Of a DNA stretch of 64,000 nucleotides, positions 30,480-38,045 are shown piece by piece (the first letter of the stretch is position 1; each line of letters begins with the position of its first letter). A program made the position numbers and the translations under genes. Below the pieces are notes generated by a model. It searched no databases. It was given only the letters and a program-made list of their open reading frames with translations, and was not told where the DNA came from. This stretch comes from a virus, in IMG/VR virus record IMGVR_UViG_3300010970_000150, positions 1 to 64,000 of that record; one strand, written 5' to 3'.

Positions 30480-31004
30480 ATGGAAACTAAAACTAACCTG
30501 ATGGAACTGCTGGCGAAGATTCAGTGCGTGGAAGTGTTCACCTTCCACCCCTTCAACTACTCCGCTCCGATTATGGGCGAAGACAAGTACGAGGGCGAAG
30601 GCAAGTTCCTCAAAGCGTTCAACGCTATCCTGCGGACGAGCGGTCAGCCGTTCATCTACATCACCGAAAAAGATGAGAGCGGCTGGTGCTATCGCCGCTC
30701 CATCACTGCATATAAGTTCGTGCAGTTGCTCGGCCTTGAAATCCTCAGCACTGGTCTGAAAGGTTTCACCGCACGGATGTTCGCCAACGAAAACGGAATG
30801 GGCAAAGATGCCGAAGCCGTCATCGCTGACAACACCAAGGAAGTCTACGCTTCCTTCGAAGATGGCGAACGCTACTGGAAGAACCTCGTGGCTCAGGAAC
30901 AGGAAATCGCTGATGCCAAGGCTCGCAAGGATGCGATGGAAGCCGCCATCAAGAAGTATAACGAGACGAAGGGTGGCGAAGAGAACATCGCTCTGGACGC
31001 TTAA
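30480..31004 (+). CDS. Early hypothetical protein (174 aa)
   Basis: ATG at 30480; C/G-ending codon bias; followed by hairpin. Confidence 0.75.
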   Translation: METKTNLMELLAKIQCVEVFTFHPFNYSAPIMGEDKYEGEGKFLKAFNAILRTSGQPFIYITEKDESGWCYRRSITAYKFVQLLGLEILSTGLKGFTARMFANENGMGKDAEAVIADNTKEVYASFEDGERYWKNLVAQEQEIADAKARKDAMEAAIKKYNETKGGEENIALDA

Positions 31005-31028
31005 CACGAACCAGTAACACCGACTGTG

Positions 31029-31072
31029 GAGAGGAGAGGCGAGCAATCGCTTCTCCTCTCTGCTTTTATTTC
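31029..31072 (+). terminator. GCAA-tetraloop hairpin / terminator
   Basis: GAGAGGAGAGGCGA-GCAA-TCGCTTCTCCTCTC followed by T-rich tract. Confidence 0.7.
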
Positions 31073-31092
31073 CTCCCAAACACATACCATAT

Positions 31093-31869
31093 ATGGACGA
31101 CACAGACTGGAAGAAGACCAAACAATTGTTCAACTTCGACAACGCAAAGACGAAGAAGGGCAATCACCTCGGATACAGCACTGCTATCCTCTACCTCGCA
31201 TCATCCGACTTGTCGGGTGTTGTGAATGTATGCAAACACGCCACGAAGGAATGTCGTGAAGACTGTCTCGTGTTCGCTGGCCTCGCAGGAATCTTTCCGA
31301 AGATTAATGCGGCTCGTGTTCACAAGACCAAGTGGATGCATATGTACCCAGATACTTTCTGGGCGAAGGTTGACCGAGAGATTCTCAATCACGAGAACCT
31401 CTGCTATCGCAACACGAAGCGATTGAAGCGTAAGTTGAAGCCTTGCGTTCGTATCAACGGCACATCGGATATCTGGAACGAGCATATGCAAACGCTTATG
31501 CATCGTTACCCTGATGTGCAGTTCTACGATTACAGTAAGGACTTCAATCGCATCGTTGACTGGACGATGGACAAACTGCCGCTCAACTATCATCTCACCT
31601 ATTCGTATGGTGGTGGAAACACCAACAACGCAAAGTGGTGTCTCGATAACGGAGTGAATGTTGCTGTCGTCTTTGATGTGAAGCGTGGCAAGCCGTTGCC
31701 AGTAACGCATTGGGGATACGATGTAGTCGATGGTGACACGCACGACCTTCGCTTCCTCAACAGGCCGTATGCTGGTCAAGGCTCAGTCATCGGACTCCGT
31801 GCGAAAGGCAAAGCATCTGGCAAAGAAGGACGAAGCAATTCGTTCATCCAGAAAGGCGTTGCCTCGTGA
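31093..31869 (+). CDS. Gp88-like (radical-SAM-related) early protein
   Basis: NVC.....C...CL, VRINGTSD, QFYDYSK, YHLTYS, DGD.HDLRF..GLRAKG. Confidence 0.75.
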   Translation: MDDTDWKKTKQLFNFDNAKTKKGNHLGYSTAILYLASSDLSGVVNVCKHATKECREDCLVFAGLAGIFPKINAARVHKTKWMHMYPDTFWAKVDREILNHENLCYRNTKRLKRKLKPCVRINGTSDIWNEHMQTLMHRYPDVQFYDYSKDFNRIVDWTMDKLPLNYHLTYSYGGGNTNNAKWCLDNGVNVAVVFDVKRGKPLPVTHWGYDVVDGDTHDLRFLNRPYAGQGSVIGLRAKGKASGKEGRSNSFIQKGVAS

Positions 31870-32036
31870 GCGACTGCAACTGCGGCAGTAAGAAGCCAGC
31901 GTACTGGCTCAACGATGGTCACGGAATTCCTCTCTGCAAAGTCTGCGAAGACTGCGAAGAGAAGAAACTCAAACGCTATCGCCCCGATATCCTCGACTCT
32001 TATGAAGCGGAAGAACCTATCGACTCCGATTGGTAA
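31866..32036 (+). CDS. Small Cys-rich (Zn-binding) protein, 56 aa, not in ORF track
   Basis: GTGA overlap; MSDCNCGSKKPAYWLNDGHGIPLCKVCEDCEEKKLKRYRPDILD.. Confidence 0.7.
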   Translation: MSDCNCGSKKPAYWLNDGHGIPLCKVCEDCEEKKLKRYRPDILDSYEAEEPIDSDW

Positions 32037-32049
32037 GAACAGGATTTCT

Positions 32050-32095
32050 CAGTGGGAGGAAGAACACGAAGTTCTTCTTTCCACTTTTCTTTCTC
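32050..32095 (+). terminator. Intrinsic terminator
   Basis: AGTGGGAGGAAGAAC-ACGAA-GTTCTTCTTTCCACT-TTTCTTT. Confidence 0.7.
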
Positions 32096-32209
32096 AGGCA
32101 ACTGAGGAAACCCAAACCTCCAACAGCGTGAACCCCGCCCAACCTAACAGGGAAGTATCGCTGACGGAGCAAACCGAAACGAAACATAACTAACAAACAC
32201 ACAACGCAT

Positions 32210-33010
32210 ATGAAAAACCTGATTGGTAAAGCCCTCGCTTGGTTCCTCCCTGCGAGCAAAACGGAACACACGCTTCTCGACTTAGAGATGCGTATTATGG
32301 GACTGGAACAGGATGTTCATCACCTCAAAGGTTTGCTTCAAACCGACAGCATCTCGCTGGCTGGTATGAGCAAGCAGAGTCACGATGAGCACTTCCAGAC
32401 CATCGTTCGCAAGTCCGTTGAAGAGTCGTTCGACTTCGATACGCTTGTCGAAGAGGCGATTGAGAATCACGACTTCACCGATAGCGTCAGCGATGCACTC
32501 GATGATGCCATCAGCAATCGTGATTGGGATTACGAACTGCGTGAGGCTATCGACTGGGACAAGGTTGCTGACAAAGTCGTAGGCAAGATTGATTGGTCTG
32601 ATGTTATCAGCGACAACTCGTTGCTGACCTCTGACGATATCGACCTCAATGACCTGATGCTCCAGTCGGAGCAGATGTCCGATGACGATGTGATGAAGCG
32701 TAGCGACCTGAGCGATGAAGTCGTAAACGAGTTGAAGCGTGACTGGTTCACGCAGATGCTCAAAGACGAAGTCAAGGCTCACTTCAAGTCCACGCTGTCT
32801 GAGGCTCGTGAGACTGAGGACGCAAATGTCCGCAACTGCATCGATGACGAAATCGAAATCAAACTCGATACGCTTATCCGTGAGCAGATGACCAGCAAGT
32901 TCGGTGAGCAGTGGGACAACTGGTACAACGAGAACACTCGTCATTGCGTGAAGGTTATCCTCGGTGAGTTCCTCGCCGCCGCTTACGAACAGACCAAGGA
33001 GACTAAGTAA
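32210..33010 (+). CDS. Highly acidic early protein (candidate DNA mimic)
   Basis: About 61 of 266 residues are D/E (manual count); periodic D(F/W)D..V..AI repeats. Confidence 0.75.
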   Translation: MKNLIGKALAWFLPASKTEHTLLDLEMRIMGLEQDVHHLKGLLQTDSISLAGMSKQSHDEHFQTIVRKSVEESFDFDTLVEEAIENHDFTDSVSDALDDAISNRDWDYELREAIDWDKVADKVVGKIDWSDVISDNSLLTSDDIDLNDLMLQSEQMSDDDVMKRSDLSDEVVNELKRDWFTQMLKDEVKAHFKSTLSEARETEDANVRNCIDDEIEIKLDTLIREQMTSKFGEQWDNWYNENTRHCVKVILGEFLAAAYEQTKETK

Positions 33011-33011
33011 T

Positions 33012-33263
33012 ATGTCCAAGGTATCTGAAAAGCGGCTCGCAGAACTCGTCTCTATGTTGGAGATTCCCGAAACCATTCAGCGTGAGGATTATCCTCCTGC
33101 ATCGCTGAGCGGTAGCGGAAACATCTTCATCGACATCGCCGCCGCTTCACGAGCGTGGCGTAAGGTCGATGTTGGCGTATCCAACAGGATTATGAGCGTC
33201 ATCAACGGCAACTGCGAATCCGAACACGAGGTAGACGCTCTCCTCAACCACATTACCCTTTAA
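33012..33263 (+). CDS. Early hypothetical protein (83 aa)
   Basis: ATG at 33012 directly after upstream stop. Confidence 0.65.
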   Translation: MSKVSEKRLAELVSMLEIPETIQREDYPPASLSGSGNIFIDIAAASRAWRKVDVGVSNRIMSVINGNCESEHEVDALLNHITL

Positions 33264-33365
33264 CCCAGAGTAATTTATTCCGTCCAACAATTTGTGCGAA
33301 AAGCGAAGGGATTGCGTCAGGTTCCAACGCCTAGTAGCACGAAACCAAAAAACACAACCAAAACT

Positions 33366-34307
33366 ATGCTACACAGCATCCAGACAGCCGCTGACCTGTC
33401 TCTAATCCGTCAGCAATACGAGCGTGAAGTAGAAATGCATCACGCCAACAGCCCGAAGGTTACTTCGGGTTCCAACGCCCACAACTATTCCGTTCGCTCT
33501 GTGCCGCTCTACACGGCCAGTGGCGTTCCTGCGAATTGCTGGGGCAATCAGCGGTGCGACAATGGTGTCATCATCGGGAAGACTTCCGATAAGTACGGCA
33601 TCATTCAGAACGATGTGTTCGAACGCACCATCCGCACTGGCTTCGAACAGAATGGTCTGTCGCCTACTGCGTTCCAGTCCATCGTGACTCGCCGTGGTGC
33701 TCGCACTCATATGCAGTTCGACTTCGCCACTGAGAAGGCCGACATCACTCGCAAGGGTGATATCGTTGCGTTGCGAATCACCGCTAAGAACTCGTTTGAC
33801 GGCACTAGCCGCTCTTCGATTTCTGTCGGTGCTCTGCGACTTGTCTGCACGAATGGTATGACATCCTTCCGTGAGGATATGATGTTCTCTGTGCGTCACA
33901 CTTCCAATGTGAACTACGAGTTTGTCAACGATGTCGTGATTCAGGCGATGAGCGAATGGTCTTCGCTTCGCACTGTCTGGCAGAACCTAGCCAACATCCC
34001 GCTCACGCAACAGCAGGGTTGGAACGCTATCGAGAATATGGTGAACCGAGGTTACCTTGGTGCATCTGTTCGCAAGCGTGTCCACGATGTGTGGTCTGTT
34101 CCTAATTACGATGCCGACAAGGCTCGTAACTTGTGGAACTTGTACAACGCTCACACGCAGGTGCTCACCCACCAGTTCAGCGAGCAGAAGTACGAGATGA
34201 CGAACCGCACTTCGTCTCAGGTTCTCCACGCACTGCACCACGCCACCACGAGTCACGATGAGTTCATCAACCTCATCGCCTCTCCTGACGAGGTTCGTAG
34301 CAACTGA
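33366..34307 (+). CDS. DUF932/DUF945-family protein
   Basis: SDKYGIIQN, NSFDGTS, RLVCTNG, RHT, LWNLYNA.T motifs; ATG at 33366. Confidence 0.85.
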   Translation: MLHSIQTAADLSLIRQQYEREVEMHHANSPKVTSGSNAHNYSVRSVPLYTASGVPANCWGNQRCDNGVIIGKTSDKYGIIQNDVFERTIRTGFEQNGLSPTAFQSIVTRRGARTHMQFDFATEKADITRKGDIVALRITAKNSFDGTSRSSISVGALRLVCTNGMTSFREDMMFSVRHTSNVNYEFVNDVVIQAMSEWSSLRTVWQNLANIPLTQQQGWNAIENMVNRGYLGASVRKRVHDVWSVPNYDADKARNLWNLYNAHTQVLTHQFSEQKYEMTNRTSSQVLHALHHATTSHDEFINLIASPDEVRSN

Positions 34308-34314
34308 TAACGCA

Positions 34315-34344
34315 GGGACTCATCATCGCAAGGTGGTGAGTCCC
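34315..34344 (+). other. GCAA-tetraloop hairpin
   Basis: GGGACTCATCATC-GCAA-GGTGGTGAGTCCC with no U-tract. Confidence 0.6.
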
Positions 34345-34354
34345 ACCTATCATT

Positions 34355-34555
34355 ATGATTACGATTAACGCAGTGACGCTGACCAACGCACAGTTGGAAG
34401 CACTAATCAAGTTGGTGAATCGTGGCTGGGTATTGGACTACTCATCCATCGTCAAACTTCCCGCAGAGGAGTGCATTATGATTGCTGTCTCTGGCCCTAA
34501 CACTGGTGCGAAGATGTTCTTCGGCATCGAAGCAGACGGATACACGCACTCGTGA
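34355..34555 (+). CDS. Early hypothetical protein (66 aa)
   Basis: Ends GIEADGYTHS; coupled to the next gene. Confidence 0.65.
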   Translation: MITINAVTLTNAQLEALIKLVNRGWVLDYSSIVKLPAEECIMIAVSGPNTGAKMFFGIEADGYTHS

Positions 34556-35004
34556 GCCTCAACTTCGAATTCGCTGAGGGCATTGACCGCAAGTTGATTG
34601 AGTACACGCAAGCCGATGGTTCGCTCCATTGGCTTCCTCGTGCTCAGTCGTTTGTGTTCTACCAGATGGGATTGCAGTTCGACATCGATGGTGAGATGAC
34701 CGATGCCAAACTTATTGAGTGTGCGAGGCGTATCGCACTGCTCGATATGATGGCTCATCACGCTCACTATTGGGAAGTTGTTGATGGTGTCACCATTGGT
34801 TACCGCCACTCACTCGCTGATGTGGTAACTTACTGGGGACTTACCACCAATGTTTCTCACAAGACGAGAACGCAGTGGGACGCATACTTCCAGAAGTGTT
34901 GGATTAACGCTAACAACAGGCGTTTCGATTCCGATGTGAAGGAAGTAATCGCTCGATTGTCCAAGCGTGTGCCATTCAGCACACATAAGAACACCGAGTC
35001 GTGA
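34552..35004 (+). CDS. Early hypothetical protein (150 aa)
   Basis: GTGA overlap; GLTTNVS motif. Confidence 0.7.
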   Translation: MSLNFEFAEGIDRKLIEYTQADGSLHWLPRAQSFVFYQMGLQFDIDGEMTDAKLIECARRIALLDMMAHHAHYWEVVDGVTIGYRHSLADVVTYWGLTTNVSHKTRTQWDAYFQKCWINANNRRFDSDVKEVIARLSKRVPFSTHKNTES

Positions 35005-35189
35005 GCGTATTCCCTCGCAAGCCAAGAGCCAAGGCTGGGTACAGATGCTGTGCTATGTGTCGCAAGACTAAGAAGAACGAATCGTTCCATCTTCTTAGCA
35101 CTAAGACCAAGTACCTGTCATCATACTGCAAGCCTTGTATGTCCATCTATATGCGTAGCAGGTATCTCTATCATAAGAAGAATGCCTAA
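35001..35189 (+). CDS. Small Zn-finger protein
   Basis: CAMC..K...F..SYCKPC. Confidence 0.6.
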   Translation: MSVFPRKPRAKAGYRCCAMCRKTKKNESFHLLSTKTKYLSSYCKPCMSIYMRSRYLYHKKNA

Positions 35190-35350
35190 CGCAGTAGAGG
35201 TCGCAGTAGTTACGCTGTGGCTTATCGCTATGATTCGAATCTCACGCAAGTGAGTTTCAATTAAGGCAAAAATCTTGCGTGCCATCAGGTTTTACTAAGC
35301 ACACAAGCAGTGGGTAGCAGAACATCAAACACTCTGCTATCCACTTTCAC

Positions 35351-35384
35351 TTTCTCGACAACAATCATCGGATATAATGAATGT
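35351..35384 (+). promoter_or_regulatory. Early promoter-like element, copy 2
   Basis: TTTCTCGACA-N6-ATCGG-A-TATAATG-A-ATGT. Confidence 0.6.
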
Positions 35385-35462
35385 GTACCCGCTACGGCAC
35401 TGACGCACGAGCGAGTACCCGCACGAACCAACAACAAGTGCGGTGACAGTAACGACACGCAT

Positions 35463-35870
35463 ATGAAACAGAAAACCAAGAAGCAAATCGAAACGCTCAA
35501 CGCTCAGGCGTTCATCACCACCATCAACTCGCTCGCCGCTATCGCGGTGAAGTCGAAGGTGAAGGAGAAGACGAAGGGCGGCAAGGTGAAGCACATCATC
35601 AAGCCCACGCTTGATGAAGCGAAGGCGTGGCTGATGGTGAGCGAGTCACTGCTCGCAAGCGTCATCGCCACTGCGGCCAAAGCGAAAGCCGATGCGAAGG
35701 ACGCTGATGAAGGCCACGCATTCAAGGGCGAAGTCGGAGTCACCTGCGGCAAGGTGAAGTCGCTCAGCGTTAACGACAAGAAACTGATGGCGATTGCATC
35801 GGCTCAGATGAAGCGTGCCGTGAATCTCAAATCATTCGCTCCGCTCTTCGCCGCTCACATTTCCAAGTGA
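35463..35870 (+). CDS. Basic Lys/Ala-rich early protein (135 aa)
   Basis: ATG at 35463 after promoter and structured leader. Confidence 0.7.
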   Translation: MKQKTKKQIETLNAQAFITTINSLAAIAVKSKVKEKTKGGKVKHIIKPTLDEAKAWLMVSESLLASVIATAAKAKADAKDADEGHAFKGEVGVTCGKVKSLSVNDKKLMAIASAQMKRAVNLKSFAPLFAAHISK

Positions 35871-36141
35871 GTGTTATCGCACTGGCATTGCTGCTGATTG
35901 TGATGCGTTGCTTAGACAGTAAGTGATGCGTTGATACAGTCACGGCATTGTGAGAAAGAACTCTCGCTCTCCACTCAGGTGGGGGGCGGGGGTTCTCCTC
36001 ACTTTTTGTCCACCCTCCTTTACGGATTACAACACACACATTATATTTGCAAAAGACATATAAGTCTGTGTAGGAAGGGGGTTATTAGGGGGATAGTGGG
36101 TTATGTATGTCAAGCGTTATCTGTTAGTTTAGCGTTTTGGG

Positions 36142-36207
36142 TAGGGGGAAATGTATTTCATAGGGGGGTGAAGTGTATTTCCTAGGGGGGGTGCTATGGA
36201 TTTCCTA
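36142..36207. repeat. Second iteron-like array (inverted relative to 28154..28220)
   Basis: Minus strand TAGGAAATCCATAGCACCCCC / TAGGAAATACACTTCACCCCC / TATGAAATACATTTCCCCCTA, period 22-23 bp. Confidence 0.7.
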
Positions 36208-36283
36208 CATATAGAATAGTCTCATAGAATAGTACATCGATACAATAGGGTTGACATAAGCATTCATTGAGTAATCTGAGGGA

Positions 36284-36769
36284 ATGAACATCAAAGAAAG
36301 CGACCTGATTGCGAAGAATGGCTGGCTGAAGTCCGATTTGAAGGCGGTTCGCCACGATGCCATCGAGTTTGAGGGTATGCGGCTCTGGTTTCGTGAGGAA
36401 TCCAAGAAGCCTAAGCATCTCCAGACCATTTGGTGGACTGATGTTGGCGTTATGTATCTGACTGAGTACTTCAGAGTTAAGAAAGAAATGGAAACTCCGA
36501 CTCCTATGGAGGAAAATAGGGTTATGTCCAAGGAAGAGTTTGCTAAATCGGTAAATAACTCTAAGTGGGTAGGCCGTATTGTTAGAAATGGCTACAAAAA
36601 CTTCAACACAGTTATGGTCGAACACGACTCTGGGTTTATGCTTCTAGTTAATTGTCGTAACAATAAAACTCTTCCGAAGAACTCGTATGTTGAAGTTGAC
36701 ACCAAGAACAATCGTCACACCATTCGCAAATCCGCATTTAAATCCTATGAAAAAGCCAAGCAAGCCTAA
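36284..36769 (+). CDS. Hypothetical protein (161 aa), first gene of packaging operon
   Basis: ORF downstream of TTGACA at 36251. Confidence 0.7.
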   Translation: MNIKESDLIAKNGWLKSDLKAVRHDAIEFEGMRLWFREESKKPKHLQTIWWTDVGVMYLTEYFRVKKEMETPTPMEENRVMSKEEFAKSVNNSKWVGRIVRNGYKNFNTVMVEHDSGFMLLVNCRNNKTLPKNSYVEVDTKNNRHTIRKSAFKSYEKAKQA

Positions 36770-36938
36770 CAAGCCTAAGTTTAAACAGCCCGATGCTATG
36801 CACGAGGCTCTTGATATTCCTAAGTACAGCAAGATGGAGGCCGATGATGGCTCTGAAAGCGAAGGTATGAAGCACGAAAAGTCCGAATCGAAGAAGAAAG
36901 AGTGCAAGGAGTGCAAAAAGAAGCCCTGTAGATGCTAA
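36747..36938 (+). CDS. Small charged protein with C-terminal CKECKKKPCRC
   Basis: ATG at 36747. Confidence 0.5.
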   Translation: MKKPSKPNKPKFKQPDAMHEALDIPKYSKMEADDGSESEGMKHEKSESKKKECKECKKKPCRC

Positions 36939-37039
36939 ATGAGCCAGATGATGAAGACGAAGAGGAGTCCACAGACCCTCTAGACTTTATCTGGCTTGAA
37001 AAAATTGACCCGATGCGTTGCTTCGCAACGCACAGATAA
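36932..37039 (+). CDS. Small acidic protein (35 aa, not in ORF track)
   Basis: MLNEPDDEDEEESTDPLDFIWLEKIDPMRCFATHR fills the gap. Confidence 0.4.
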   Translation: MLNEPDDEDEEESTDPLDFIWLEKIDPMRCFATHR

Positions 37040-37041
37040 CA

Positions 37042-37584
37042 ATGGCTCAACCTTTTAATCTTCCTCCTTTGCCTCAATGGCGTGGCTATACAGCCGCTAA
37101 CAATGCTGACCCTGCTATGTACTCGATGGATGGTCGTTGGTACAAGGAAGGCCAGACCATCAATAACGGCTATACAATTGGCCCTCGTGACCCTAAGACT
37201 GGTCAACTGAGTCTCCTGTATCAGGGAGGTGCTTTGCCTATCTCTATGGCTGGTTCTTCTCCGTTGCCGATGCCTGAAGTGCCTGAGTTTAAGAGAGTGT
37301 TTACGATGGGAGGAATTCCGTATACCGAGGCAGACCTTGCTAGGATGCAAGAGTTGAACAAAGATGGAGAACTGGATATGGATATTGAAAGGGCTAAAAA
37401 ATCGGCAATTAGATACCAAGTAGACCCTACTCTTCAAATGATGTTTGGAAAGTACAACGAAATGCAAAACAAAAGAATGTTCGAAGAAATGCAAAAAGAA
37501 GTGCTTCGTAAAGAACTAGCACAACAAGGGTTTAATCTTGAAAGTTCTGTCATTACTCCAAACGAAGATATTGATTACCAGTAA
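37042..37584 (+). CDS. Hypothetical protein (180 aa)
   Basis: ATG at 37042; stop abuts tRNA. Confidence 0.7.
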   Translation: MAQPFNLPPLPQWRGYTAANNADPAMYSMDGRWYKEGQTINNGYTIGPRDPKTGQLSLLYQGGALPISMAGSSPLPMPEVPEFKRVFTMGGIPYTEADLARMQELNKDGELDMDIERAKKSAIRYQVDPTLQMMFGKYNEMQNKRMFEEMQKEVLRKELAQQGFNLESSVITPNEDIDYQ

Positions 37585-37659
37585 GCCACAGTAGCACAAT
37601 GGTTGTGCAACAGTTTTGTAAACTGTAGGTTGTCGGTTCAAGTCCGACCTGCGGCCCCA
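37585..37659 (+). tRNA. tRNA-Thr(TGT)
   Basis: GCCACAG..CTGCGGC (one A-C mismatch); anticodon arm ACAGT-TTTGTAA-ACTGT; GTCGG-TTCAAGT-CCGAC; encoded CCA. Confidence 0.9.
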
Positions 37660-37663
37660 CTTT

Positions 37664-38044
37664 ATGGAAGAAGAATGGAAGCCAGTACCAATTGAGCAAT
37701 TTAAGGGCTTGTACGAGATTTCAAGCCTAGGGAGGCTCAGGGCTTGCCCTAAGACCACAAGTGACGGCAGAAGGCTTCCTGAGCGGCTTGTTAAGCCTAC
37801 TGTAATCAACAGTGGGTATCTTCAGTTCAAGTTGCACAACAATAAGTTTAGGTTTAATGTAAACGCACATAAACTTGTTGCAATTACTTTTGGACTTATA
37901 TACTGGAACGAACATTCCAATTCTAATTTACAAATTAACCACATTGACGGCAATAAGCACAACAATGCGGTTTCTAACCTTGAAGCGTGTACACCTAGTG
38001 AAAACCTTCAACACGCTTGGAGAACTGGACTAAGAAAAAACTAA
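37664..38044 (+). CDS. NUMOD4-HNH homing endonuclease
   Basis: EEWKPV..GLYEISSLGRLR (NUMOD4); INHIDGNKHNNAVSNLE..SEN..HA (HNH). Confidence 0.92.
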   Translation: MEEEWKPVPIEQFKGLYEISSLGRLRACPKTTSDGRRLPERLVKPTVINSGYLQFKLHNNKFRFNVNAHKLVAITFGLIYWNEHSNSNLQINHIDGNKHNNAVSNLEACTPSENLQHAWRTGLRKN

Positions 38045-38045
38045 T

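Noticed and set aside
35960-36250. CRISPR mini-array or coding ORFs in the G-rich region
   Set aside because: Repeats are degenerate and adjacent with no spacers; better explained as iterons; overlapping short ORFs lack support
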